From Acidobacteriota bacterium (GTDB lineage Bacteria > Acidobacteriota > UBA6911), in NCBI GenBank assembly GCA_963664705.1, contig OY761556.1, forward strand, positions 1-64,000: 64,000 nucleotides of DNA. Direction: 5' to 3'. Both the position numbers and the translations under genes were made by a program. Positions 48,101 to 56,692 of the stretch are shown here, piece by piece. The stretch's first letter is position 1, and each line of letters starts with the position of its first letter. The notes beneath the pieces are model-generated. The model ran no database searches, was not told the DNA's origin, and saw only the letters and a list, made by a program, of their open reading frames with translations.

Positions 48101-49666
48101 GTCGACCGCTACTCTGCCGCGCGCAGTTTCAACCTTGTTTTGGAGGAAGCTTACATCCGGTCTCTGGCTGATGGCATAGATAACCATGTCGCAGGGAACC
48201 ACGGTTTCCGTCCCCTGTTTGACGTCCATATCGAGCTTCCCGTCAACAAAGCCTCGGAAATCGACATTGACGGTCCTTACTCCGGTCACCTTGCCGTCTT
48301 TGTTTGTGATTTCCAGGAAGTTCCGGCCGGGCATCACATCGATGCCTTCATCACGGCAATCGCGGACTTCCCAGTCGTGGGCGAGCATTTTGCCTTCGCC
48401 TTCAAGACAGGTCATTCCAACCCAGCTGGCGCCGAGTCTCACGGAAGACATGGCCGCATCGACCGCTACGTTTCCGCCGCCGAGGACCAGTACCCGTTTG
48501 CCCTTTACATCAGGCGGCTTGATATCTCCGCCCCGCAGGCTGACAGCACGCAGGTAATCGGTTGCGACATGGACATCCGCCAATTCGTTCCCGGGGATTC
48601 CGGTTTTAAGTCCGACATGGGCGCCGGTCGCTACGAATACTGCGTTGTATTCGCCCAAAAGAGCTGCGGCGTCATCCACTCGGCTATTCAGCTTCAGTTC
48701 CACGCCTCTGGCAACGATCTCGTCGATTTCCTTCTGGACCAGGTCGTAGGGCAGTCGATATTCCGGTATCCCTACCCGCATCATACCGCCCGGTGCCGGC
48801 AATGCCTCAAATACCGTTACGGAGAAATTCTTGGCGATCAGGTCGTTGGCTGCCGCCATGCCGGCCGGGCCGGAGCCGATGATGGCCACTTTCTTTCCCA
48901 AACCCGTGGTGTCGGGCGATTTCTGGATTCCGGCTGCATAGGCCTTCTGAACCTCTTCCGGATGAGCAAACGCCCAATCAGTCACAAAGCGCTTCAGGTG
49001 CATGATGTTGACGGCTTCATGCCCGTTTTCTCCCCGGGAGCAGGCTGTTTCGCATTTGTGATTGCAAACGCGGCCGCAAACGGAGGGGAAGGGATTGTCT
49101 TCCTTAATGGTCCGGTATGCGTCGGCAAATCTCTTTTCACGGATCAGTGCCACATAACCCATAGCCCGTTGTTCAATCGGGCAGGCGTTCCGGCAGGGAG
49201 CTTCTCCGCGTTTTTCAATGGCATAGGCATTGGGAATTGCCTGCGGATATCTCTTATAAATGGCTTTGCGATTATTTAACTGAGCATTGAATTCGTTGGG
49301 GCGGGAGATCGGACAGGCCGTTGCGCAGTCTCCACACGCCGTACATTTATCAACATCCACGAAACGGGCGCGTTTCCGGACGCGAACGGTGAAGTTCCCG
49401 GGTTCGCCCGAAATGCTCTCGATGTCGGTGGCGGTCGATACATTAATGTTCAGGTTGCAGCCTGCCTCCACCAGCTTTGGCGAGATAACGCACATGGAGC
49501 AATCATTGGTGGGGAATGTCTTGTCAAGCTGAGCCATTACGCCGCCGATCGCGGGTGACGTCTCTACCATGTGGACGTAATAGCCTGATTCCGCCAAATC
49601 AAGGGATGCCTGAATCCCGGCAATCCCGCCGCCTACTACCATCACGGCGCCAACTTTTTCAGCCAT
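45182..49666 (-). CDS. hdrA: Large HdrA (HdrL-type) flavoprotein with inserted GltD-like NAD(P)H oxidoreductase module
   Basis: VVGGGIAG...LDKTFPTNDCSMC; CGRVCNHKCE; IGSGPAG; GGGNVAVD; CVGSRD...CSSVCC; second HdrA half; C-terminal 2x[4Fe-4S]. Confidence 0.93.
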   Translation of the reverse strand: MAEKVGAVMVVGGGIAGIQASLDLAESGYYVHMVETSPAIGGVMAQLDKTFPTNDCSMCVISPKLVEAGCNLNINVSTATDIESISGEPGNFTVRVRKRARFVDVDKCTACGDCATACPISRPNEFNAQLNNRKAIYKRYPQAIPNAYAIEKRGEAPCRNACPIEQRAMGYVALIREKRFADAYRTIKEDNPFPSVCGRVCNHKCETACSRGENGHEAVNIMHLKRFVTDWAFAHPEEVQKAYAAGIQKSPDTTGLGKKVAIIGSGPAGMAAANDLIAKNFSVTVFEALPAPGGMMRVGIPEYRLPYDLVQKEIDEIVARGVELKLNSRVDDAAALLGEYNAVFVATGAHVGLKTGIPGNELADVHVATDYLRAVSLRGGDIKPPDVKGKRVLVLGGGNVAVDAAMSSVRLGASWVGMTCLEGEGKMLAHDWEVRDCRDEGIDVMPGRNFLEITNKDGKVTGVRTVNVDFRGFVDGKLDMDVKQGTETVVPCDMVIYAISQRPDVSFLQNKVETARGRVAVDKNTLATNVPGIFAGGDVVTGTTWVVEAIDAGHKAAKAIEAYLAGEAANAWPPAVPVLERLPEATLDVEQKEQLIEITSPADRFEPSKRNPGERKHDFNEVEAALSEDDVVEAAKRCLECGVCSECNQCVYACRVGAVNHDDRDKIEDIKVGAIVLTPGFKTVEGNIRPELGYGQYPNVVTSLEFERILSASGPFAGTVQRMSDGKHPKKIAFIQCVGSRDTSCGNDYCSSVCCMYATKEAIIAKEHDNNIEPTIFYMDIRAYGKNFETYYERAKTESGVRYVKCAVSRVREDFKTKNLLISYIDEAGKVVEEEFEMVILSVGLEPAKHTINMVKRLGVEVDKYGFAVTNSFAPHSTSKDGIYVCGAYQGPKDIPETVAQASGAAADAGAPLALARGTMTKKKEYPPELEVKGQDPRIGVFVCNCGINIGGVVNVPKVRDYARTLDNVVHVEDNLFTCSQDTQAKIRDAIKEHNLNRVIVASCSPRTHEPMFRETVRQAGLNKYLFEMANIRDQCSWVHMKQKEEATDKAEDLVRMAVANARLIQPLGESALPVIHKAIVVGGGIAGMTSALKIADQGYEVYLLEKEDRLGGNLWNLHYTLDGQDVQNLLKSTIERVMNHPMIHTMKNATVVDSTGNKGNFTTGVKVNGEYQKIQHGVIVLATGAYEHKPTEFLYGEDPKVVTQLELENKIVTKSADVANAKKVVMIQCVGSRNQDRPNCSRTCCATAVKNALKLKELNPATEITVLYRDVRTYGLAEPYYAKAREKGVLFVRYEQEEKPEVKKNGNGLTVSFQDKIIRERVEIKPDLVVLSASTHARDNEDIAGVLKLPRTLEGFFLEAHMKLRPVDFPSDGMYLAGGAHGPKLITETLSQASAAASRACTILTKEKMMVGGVVAVVDGERCAACLTCVRVCPYDVPVINLNGEAEIDVAKCKGCGSCMAECPALAIELMHFREAQIWAKADALTSTPTGAA

Positions 49667-49680
49667 TGTTCCTCCAGAAC

Positions 49681-49763
49681 AGTAGCCAGTACTCAGTAGT
49701 CAGTAGTCAGAAAAACCGCTTTTGTGTTTTGTTCTGGCTACTGGCTACTGGCTATTAGCTACT
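49681..49763. repeat. Heptamer-based (CAGTAGY / CTGGCTA) hairpin between hdrB and hdrA
   Basis: agtagcc-agtactc-agtagtc-agtagtc-ag ... ctggcta x3. Confidence 0.8.
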
Positions 49764-49771
49764 TCTCACAA

Positions 49772-50623
49772 TCACATCAAACCTTTAGCAGTCAACATCG
49801 GGGTCGGATCAACGAAATGGCGCTTAAACCATTTCCCGGCATCCTTGTGCCCCATCGCCAGTCCCATGAGTTCCGTGTAGTACAGGATAGGAAGATCAAG
49901 TTTCTTCCCGAGATCCTTCTCTACGTCTTGTTGGCGCGTGTCCAGATTCATCTGGCACATGGAGCAGCCGGCAACAACGCAGTCCGCCCCGGTCTCTTTG
50001 GCTTTGACCAGGATCTTGCCGATCAACTGCTTGAAGATATCCATGCGGGTAAACATCAGGCTAGCGCCGCAGCAATCGGTCTTGTACGACCACTGAATTG
50101 ACTCTACGCCCATTGTTTTCAACAACTTGTCCATGTGCATCGGATTTTCGTAATCCTTGATTCCGGTCAGCTTTGGGGGCCGTACGGGGAGGCAGCCGTA
50201 ATAGCAGACCGCCTTTAGTCCGGAAAGCTTCTTTACCATTCGCTTCTTGAGTTCCTCAACGGAGGGCTTGTCGCACAGGTAATCCATGGCAAAACGAATG
50301 GGGACGTTTCCCTTGTAGGGGAAGCTGACCTTCTTGCCATGTTCCTTGACTTCCATTTCCGCGCCCTTGAATCGGCTGTAGCAGCTTGCGCAAGGGACCA
50401 GAAGGTCCCGGCTGCTCTTTTCGGCGATGGCCAGATTCCTGGCGGGCATTTCGACAGCCAGTGTTTCGTCCATGCAGTGTGCCGAGGTGGCGCCGCAGCA
50501 GGTCCAGTCATCCAGCTCGTGGAGCTTGATGTCCAGCTGGCCCAGAACGCCGCGGATCGATTCGTCAAATTCTTTGGATGTGCCGTGAAGGGAGCATCCG
50601 GGGAAGTAGGAAAATTCTTTCAT
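49772..50623 (-). CDS. hdrB: Heterodisulfide reductase subunit B
   Basis: Two CCG domains: YFPGC...TCCGA...CASC and YYGC...DCCGA...CSMCQMNLD. Confidence 0.95.
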   Translation of the reverse strand: MKEFSYFPGCSLHGTSKEFDESIRGVLGQLDIKLHELDDWTCCGATSAHCMDETLAVEMPARNLAIAEKSSRDLLVPCASCYSRFKGAEMEVKEHGKKVSFPYKGNVPIRFAMDYLCDKPSVEELKKRMVKKLSGLKAVCYYGCLPVRPPKLTGIKDYENPMHMDKLLKTMGVESIQWSYKTDCCGASLMFTRMDIFKQLIGKILVKAKETGADCVVAGCSMCQMNLDTRQQDVEKDLGKKLDLPILYYTELMGLAMGHKDAGKWFKRHFVDPTPMLTAKGLM

Positions 50624-51177
50624 CGGGCTCCTCCTTTACCTGCCACATCAAACAGCTTCCTGAACTCGCTGCCGCCCTTAAATGAGGGGAATATACCCAT
50701 CCTTCCCCGCAAAAATGCCTTCAGCCCCCATCCCATAAACCCGCCTAAGCCTCCGCTTTTCAATTCATAAAGCGAAAAGCCGGGCTCCCATGTGCGGCCG
50801 GTGTATTTGGTAAGAGCCAGGAAGAACCTGTGGAACATAGGGATGTTCTTCTCTCCCTCCGCAGCGCCGGATTTGGCCGCTATGCTCCGCAATGTGTCCA
50901 TAACCTTAGCGATGTCAATGCTATTCGGGCATCTAGTGCTGCAGGTATGGCAGGAAGCGCAGAGCCAGATAGTCTTCGAGGATAGTACCTTATCCCGATG
51001 GCCATACTGGATATGCCGGAAAACCTGGTTGGGCAGAATGTCCATTGCAAAGTTCAGCGGGCATCCGGCCGAGCACTTCTGGCATTGATAACAATGCTGA
51101 ATTATCTCTCCGCTTTTTTGAACCACTTCCGATAGCAGGGATACATCCTTATTTACTGCCTGCTCTCTCACATCCAT
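50620..51177 (-). CDS. hdrC: Heterodisulfide reductase subunit C
   Basis: CYQCQKCSAGCP and IWLCASCHTCSTRCP. Confidence 0.95.
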   Translation of the reverse strand: MDVREQAVNKDVSLLSEVVQKSGEIIQHCYQCQKCSAGCPLNFAMDILPNQVFRHIQYGHRDKVLSSKTIWLCASCHTCSTRCPNSIDIAKVMDTLRSIAAKSGAAEGEKNIPMFHRFFLALTKYTGRTWEPGFSLYELKSGGLGGFMGWGLKAFLRGRMGIFPSFKGGSEFRKLFDVAGKGGAR

Positions 51178-51687
51178 CGTTTACTCCAGTTCTGATCTGA
51201 GAGGATCTTCGAGGATACTCCGAGGATTTCTTGGGGACGTGAAGCCTTACACCCTTTTGCCTACGCGCGATCACTTAAGAAGCTCGGTATTCCTAAAGCT
51301 CCGTTACATGCATTCCCAAAATGCTGGAACGTACTAACAATAGCAAATTATTTTCTATATCGAAAGGGGTGAGATTGGCAAGCAATTTCAACAGGAGGCT
51401 CCCGGCCGTCCACCCGAGGGTGGGCAACCGGACGGCTCAATCCCTGAAGAAGCCTTCAATGGATTGGAGATAGCTGGACAATGCACCAGGCCACCTATTC
51501 CCTGAATTGCCTTGCCGGCAATCAGGTTTTTTGCGGGATTTACAGCCGTACAAGCTTGCCTCACCAGTCCTGGCGCGACCGAAAGCGATCCGGAAATCGG
51601 ATTCAATCGCGCCGACTTTATCCCTATGGGAACGATGTAAATCCAATGAAAATAAATATATTACAGGACATTCATCGCGAACTGTGA

Positions 51688-52188
51688 CTAAAAGGGCCAG
51701 AAGTTGTTGTCATTCCATATCTGTTCCTTCAGATCTTCGTCAAGCTTATGCAGAAGGTGAAAATGGGTTCTCTCCCAGTCCGCGAGCATCTGGTACATTT
51801 CTTTTTCGTTTGGATCGGTGGCCTCATCGGCTCGTCCCTGGTAGATTTCAACCGCGCGGTTTTCGAAATCGATGGCTGCCGAGATGGCGGCCGCTTCATA
51901 GCTGGCGGCTGTAATCTCTCCCTTCACCTTTTCGCTCAGAATCATCGTCGCTTCCGCATCATCCGGATGCGCCTGGGTAATATTCCGCGCAAACTTGCCC
52001 GTTTTTTCGTATTCGGCAAACTGTCTGGATAGAAACGCCACATGTTCATCTTCTTCTTCGGCCATCATGGCGAAGATTTTGCGGACCGCTTCACTCCCGG
52101 TTTCGCGAACTGCGGTGGTGTAAAACGCTTTTCCTCGAAGTTCGAGCAGGATTGCAGTTTTCAGAATGTCTTCCGGAGATTTCTTCAT
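51688..52188 (-). CDS. Ferritin-like / rubrerythrin-family protein
   Basis: AILLELRGKAFY...EEDEH and AIDFENRAVEIY...WERTH di-iron motifs. Confidence 0.88.
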   Translation of the reverse strand: MKKSPEDILKTAILLELRGKAFYTTAVRETGSEAVRKIFAMMAEEEDEHVAFLSRQFAEYEKTGKFARNITQAHPDDAEATMILSEKVKGEITAASYEAAAISAAIDFENRAVEIYQGRADEATDPNEKEMYQMLADWERTHFHLLHKLDEDLKEQIWNDNNFWPF

Positions 52189-52599
52189 AGTCTTCCCTTG
52201 AGGTTAGCAAATAGCCCGGACGCGCTCTCTTGTCACACAAATGGTTCAACCGATTTTCATCCTACCTCAAAATGCAAAATTGTTGAATACCTTGACAGTC
52301 CTGCACACGTTTAGCTTCCGTGCCGACCGCCCCTTTTATCGCTCGATCGCAAATAGTGCCTATGACGCAGGTATAAGCGGGAGCTAAAGCCGTTTGTTGA
52401 TGGCTTGGGCAGACCGTGCGGGCTGGGGGCAATCGCCATCCACAGTTCTCAGGACATTTATAAAAAGTGACAAAACATAAGGTTAGGGCAGGATTGGACG
52501 ATACTAATAAAGTTCCAAGATTTTTCCTGCCTTGCTTGCGCGCTAGAAAATTGCATGCAGGATCCATGCATTGCTGTTCACTGATCCGGGCTAAAGGCA

Positions 52600-53814
52600 A
52601 TGGACTACTTTTTCGCTCGACAACCGATACTAGATGGGTCGAATTCCGTTTTTGGATATGAGCTGCTTTTCCGAAACGGATTCCAGAATGTGTACGACAC
52701 GGCCGACGGCGACAGGGCAACCCTCGAGATACTCTCTGATGCCGTATTCAATACATCCTTTCGGCAGATGGTTGCCGGCAAGGTCGGATTTGTAAACTTT
52801 ACGCGCGAACTTCTGCTCAGCGATTTCGTCTACCTTTTTCCGCCTGATCAACTTGTCATAGAGGTGCTGGAGAACATCGTCCCCGATGACGAGACCATGA
52901 GCGCATGCCGCCGCCTCAAGGAGGCAGGCTACAGGCTTGCGCTGGACGACTTTGTTGCGGGCGATTTACAGCACCCGTTTGTTCCGCTGGCCAATATTGT
53001 AAAGGTGGATTTCCGCCAAACCACGCCGGATGAGCGCAAACTGATTGCGAATCAGCTCAAGCCTCACAAAATCGACCTGCTTGCGGAGAAGGTCGAAACC
53101 GACGAGGACCATCGTCAGGGGCTTGCGTCAGGATATAGTCTCTTCCAGGGGTATTATTTCAGCAAGCCTGTTATCCACACCGGGCGGAGGCTGGCTCCCA
53201 GTCAGATCGCCTGCATGCGCATGCTCCAGGAGGTTTGCAGCGAGCAGTGCAACTATGCGAAACTGAACAGCATCATTACGGCGGACCTCCCGCTGGCCTA
53301 CCGCATGCTGAAGCTGGCCAATTCTCCTTATTTTGGCTTTCGGGCGAATATTACTTCCATCCTTCACGCCATTACGCTCTTTGGGCGCGAAGGGATGAAG
53401 CGGTTTGTGTCGCTCATTGCCATCAGCACCACGCTGGGAAACAAGCCGATGGAGCTGGGGATTAGCTGCCTGTCTCGCGGACGGATGGCGGAAGCGGTGG
53501 GCCCGATGGTTGGACGTGCTGCGGATGCCTCATCGTTTTTCCTGGCCGGGCTGCTTTCACTGCTTGATGCGGTGCTGGACTGTCCAATGAGCGAAGCGGT
53601 GGCGGATCTGCCGATCTCTCAGGAAATCAAGGATGCCCTGCTCGGGAAACCAAACCAGTTACGGGAGGTGCTGGATACGGTTGTGGCCTATGAACAGGGC
53701 GATTGGGAGGTATTCTCTTCAGCCGCCGCAAAGATACAACTGGCGGAAGAATATTTCCCCGGCATCTATACCTCCTCCATAGCATGGGCCACGAACATCA
53801 TTGAATCGATGTGA
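52600..53814 (+). CDS. EAL + HDOD domain protein (YuxH-like)
   Basis: ARQPI, GYELLFR, ALDDF, LAEKVET, FQGYYF; HDOD LKLANS. Confidence 0.92.
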   Translation: MDYFFARQPILDGSNSVFGYELLFRNGFQNVYDTADGDRATLEILSDAVFNTSFRQMVAGKVGFVNFTRELLLSDFVYLFPPDQLVIEVLENIVPDDETMSACRRLKEAGYRLALDDFVAGDLQHPFVPLANIVKVDFRQTTPDERKLIANQLKPHKIDLLAEKVETDEDHRQGLASGYSLFQGYYFSKPVIHTGRRLAPSQIACMRMLQEVCSEQCNYAKLNSIITADLPLAYRMLKLANSPYFGFRANITSILHAITLFGREGMKRFVSLIAISTTLGNKPMELGISCLSRGRMAEAVGPMVGRAADASSFFLAGLLSLLDAVLDCPMSEAVADLPISQEIKDALLGKPNQLREVLDTVVAYEQGDWEVFSSAAAKIQLAEEYFPGIYTSSIAWATNIIESM

Positions 53815-53825
53815 CCTGGTTACTG

Positions 53826-54977
53826 CTAATCGTCGGTCGTTTTGTAGACTCTTGGAACGCGCGTATTGATGTTGGTCAGTATCTCGTAGGGGATCGTTCC
53901 TGACCATGCGGCGAGATCCTCCGCCGTGATTTGCGCCCCCTCCGATTCTCCAAGCAGAATAACCTCATCCCCGTTGTAGGCGGAATCCCCTTCGATGTTC
54001 ACCATCATCTGATCCATGCAGATGGTTCCCACCTGCGGGTATTTCCTTCCGCGTATGATCACTTTTGATTTGTTTGACATGCTGCGGAAATAGCCGTCTC
54101 CATAGCCGACTGGAACCGTTACTATCCGCACGTTGTGATCGGATTGCCATGTGGACCCGTAGCTGACTGCGTGGCCCGGCTGGACTACCTTGAAGTAGAC
54201 CACCCTGGATTTCCAAGCCAGCGTTGGCTTGACTTGAATGGTGTGGGGTACCTCCGGCGAGGGGTATACCCCATAAAGCATGATTCCGGGGCGTACCATA
54301 TCCAGATAGCTCTCGGGAAGCTGAAGGATGGCCGCCGAATTTGCCATGTGTCGGACAGGCATTGGGAGGCTATGGCGTTCATAAAACCGCAGCACTTCAT
54401 GGAATCGTTCCAATTGCAGACGGGCGTGGTCAAGATTGCGCGAATCGGCGTTGGCAAAATGGGAGAAAATGCCCTCGACCTCTACGTGCCTGCACTTCAG
54501 AGAAGCCTCCTGCAACAAACCGGCACTATAATAATGAATGCCGATCCGCTCCATTCCGGTATCAATTTTCAGGTGAACCCTGGCTTTTACGCCCATCTGC
54601 CCGGCGATTGTGTCGATTTGCTCCAGGCGCTCGACCGATGAAGCCGTCAGCGTAAGATCATTCTGCAGATAGCGGGGGATCTGATCTCGCCATATTCCGC
54701 CCAGAACAATAATCGGTGATGTGATCCCGGCATTGCGCAGCAGTACACCCTCTTCAAGGACCGCAACTCCTATGTAGTCCGTTTTTGTGGCCAGCGATTT
54801 CGCAATCTCGAGAAGTCCATGGCCATAGGCATTTGCTTTTGCAACCAGCATGATCTTTGCCGGAGCTACTCTTTGCCGGATGGCGGCCAGGTTGTGCTCC
54901 AGGCGTGCCAGGTTGACCTCCGCCCAGGTTGCGCGTACTCCGCCCTCGGTTGCAATCACCGATTCGTTTATCAGCAT
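53826..54977 (-). CDS. alr: Alanine racemase
   Basis: VAKANAYGHG PLP lysine, HLKIDTGM, VRPGIMLYG, GYGDGY, ICMDQ, TIPYE. Confidence 0.96.
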   Translation of the reverse strand: MLINESVIATEGGVRATWAEVNLARLEHNLAAIRQRVAPAKIMLVAKANAYGHGLLEIAKSLATKTDYIGVAVLEEGVLLRNAGITSPIIVLGGIWRDQIPRYLQNDLTLTASSVERLEQIDTIAGQMGVKARVHLKIDTGMERIGIHYYSAGLLQEASLKCRHVEVEGIFSHFANADSRNLDHARLQLERFHEVLRFYERHSLPMPVRHMANSAAILQLPESYLDMVRPGIMLYGVYPSPEVPHTIQVKPTLAWKSRVVYFKVVQPGHAVSYGSTWQSDHNVRIVTVPVGYGDGYFRSMSNKSKVIIRGRKYPQVGTICMDQMMVNIEGDSAYNGDEVILLGESEGAQITAEDLAAWSGTIPYEILTNINTRVPRVYKTTDD

Positions 54978-55166
54978 GGCTGCTATTGTAATGGAATTGT
55001 GTCGGCTTTGTAATAAGGCTTTGATTCGCGTTTCTGTGCCAACCTTCATTCTGGAAGTCGTTGAGCTCTCCCTTTTTGCAGAGTTTTAACAGCCTCCGTT
55101 GGCGAAATGGTGAATGATGTCTGTGGCTGTTCCATCCCGGGGCCGCCGGTCTGAAAAGGAGAATGT

Positions 55167-55598
55167 ATGCGGAAAATATTATTACTGGCGGCAGTCCTTG
55201 TGGTTGCCGCACCGCTGACAGCCGCCGATGTTGCGGGAAACTGGTTGCTGAAAATGCAAGGTCCCATGGGGGAGGAAGAAATCCAACTGGTAATCAAGAT
55301 AACCGGCGAGAAACTGAAAATCACAGGCCGGCATTCGATGCTTCAGGAGATGTCGGGGACTGGCTCCCTCAAAGGCGATTCCATCAAATTCAAGCTGGAG
55401 GCATCGGGAGAAATGCCCATGGAATTCGAGTTCACCGGAAAGGTAACCGGCAACAGGATGTCAGGAACCAGGGAAATGAGGAATGAAGGCGGACCCGGAG
55501 ATATGGATTTTGGCGGACCGGGGGGTGAGGGCGGCCCTGGAGGCGGGCCGATGGATATGAGCGGGATTTCCAATAAATGGACCGCGGAAAGGCAGTGA
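55167..55598 (+). CDS. Small secreted beta-rich hypothetical protein with Gly/Pro-rich tail
   Basis: Signal peptide, ADVAGNW..., GGAG RBS. Confidence 0.75.
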   Translation: MRKILLLAAVLVVAAPLTAADVAGNWLLKMQGPMGEEEIQLVIKITGEKLKITGRHSMLQEMSGTGSLKGDSIKFKLEASGEMPMEFEFTGKVTGNRMSGTREMRNEGGPGDMDFGGPGGEGGPGGGPMDMSGISNKWTAERQ

Positions 55599-55698
55599 TT
55601 GCAGAATCCTGGGCCACGAATTGCCCGAATGTCTGCGCAATTCGTGGCCGTAAGAAGAGGATCCGGTTGTCCTGCTTTCCTGCCATTTGAATTCGTCT

Positions 55699-56658
55699 TT
55701 ATTTTGGCAAAAGCTTCATGGTGCCGGTCATCGTGAGGTTTCGGCCGACCTTGTCGCTGCAAAGCATGTTGCCCGTTGCCGCGCCGTTCTGTACCTTCAG
55801 ATTTATGGCGGTGCAGCCGAATTCCTGTTCCTGCGCCTGAAGGTTCTGGAGGTATTTGGGATCGGTCATTTTCTTAAGGTCGGCCGTCATCCTGGTCGAA
55901 ATCTGCTCCATTTGCTTGGTGAGCTTTTCCCGCTCAGCGTCGGAGGTATTGGGGTTCATCATCTTTTCCATGATGGCCTGCATTTCTAATTGCGGACTCA
56001 TCTGCGTTTCGTCCTGGTTGCTGATGGAAAAGTAGTAGCTGGGCACGTCTCCCTGCGAAGGATGAAGCGAGGCGCGCCGTTTGGTAAAAGGAGTCGTTGC
56101 TGCTCCCTTAAAAAACTCCAGCATATATTGCATTTCGCGGCTCGAGGCCCCGGGCGCAGCCGCAATGGATTGCGCTTTGACCGCCCAGCCATTGGATGCT
56201 TTCAGATCCCATTGATAATTGGAATTGATGACCACTGCTTCTGACGCATAGGCGATTTTGCAGCAAAGCGGAGTAATTGCCTGCACCGACAGCGTCTCCG
56301 GGCCGCCGCCCGGCGCGATCCTGATTGTGGCGCGATACGAGTTTGCGTTTGACGTTTCCTTCAGGACCTCGATATTGTCGGATCCAAAAACAAAGCTGGT
56401 GCCCGCGGGAAACTTCCCATTGATCACCACTTCCACGGTCTCTCCGGGCTTGGCGACGATCGGGGTTCTCAAACTTATTTCCGGTGTGTCGCATTTCAGC
56501 GCCGGCTGTGTCGAGGCATAGTTTTTGCGCGCCGCTTTACAAGCGTCCATAATTGCCTGCTGCTTCAGCTGATATTTGCTAAGAGCCGCATGGGTGATGC
56601 CCCAGCAAAGCATGATGGCGGTTATGGCCAGAATGGCAACTCTACCAAGTTTGTGCAT
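55699..56658 (-). CDS. Secreted hypothetical protein
   Basis: Signal peptide ending AAL, GGAG RBS, 319-aa ORF; no family recognised. Confidence 0.7.
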   Translation of the reverse strand: MHKLGRVAILAITAIMLCWGITHAALSKYQLKQQAIMDACKAARKNYASTQPALKCDTPEISLRTPIVAKPGETVEVVINGKFPAGTSFVFGSDNIEVLKETSNANSYRATIRIAPGGGPETLSVQAITPLCCKIAYASEAVVINSNYQWDLKASNGWAVKAQSIAAAPGASSREMQYMLEFFKGAATTPFTKRRASLHPSQGDVPSYYFSISNQDETQMSPQLEMQAIMEKMMNPNTSDAEREKLTKQMEQISTRMTADLKKMTDPKYLQNLQAQEQEFGCTAINLKVQNGAATGNMLCSDKVGRNLTMTGTMKLLPK

Positions 56659-56692
56659 TGTTTCGTCTCCCCCTTAAAAGAAATAGGAACAA

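Noticed and set aside
45248-49279. Long plus-strand ORFs (596, 231 and 424 aa)
   Set aside because: Antisense shadows of hdrA with no motifs of their own.
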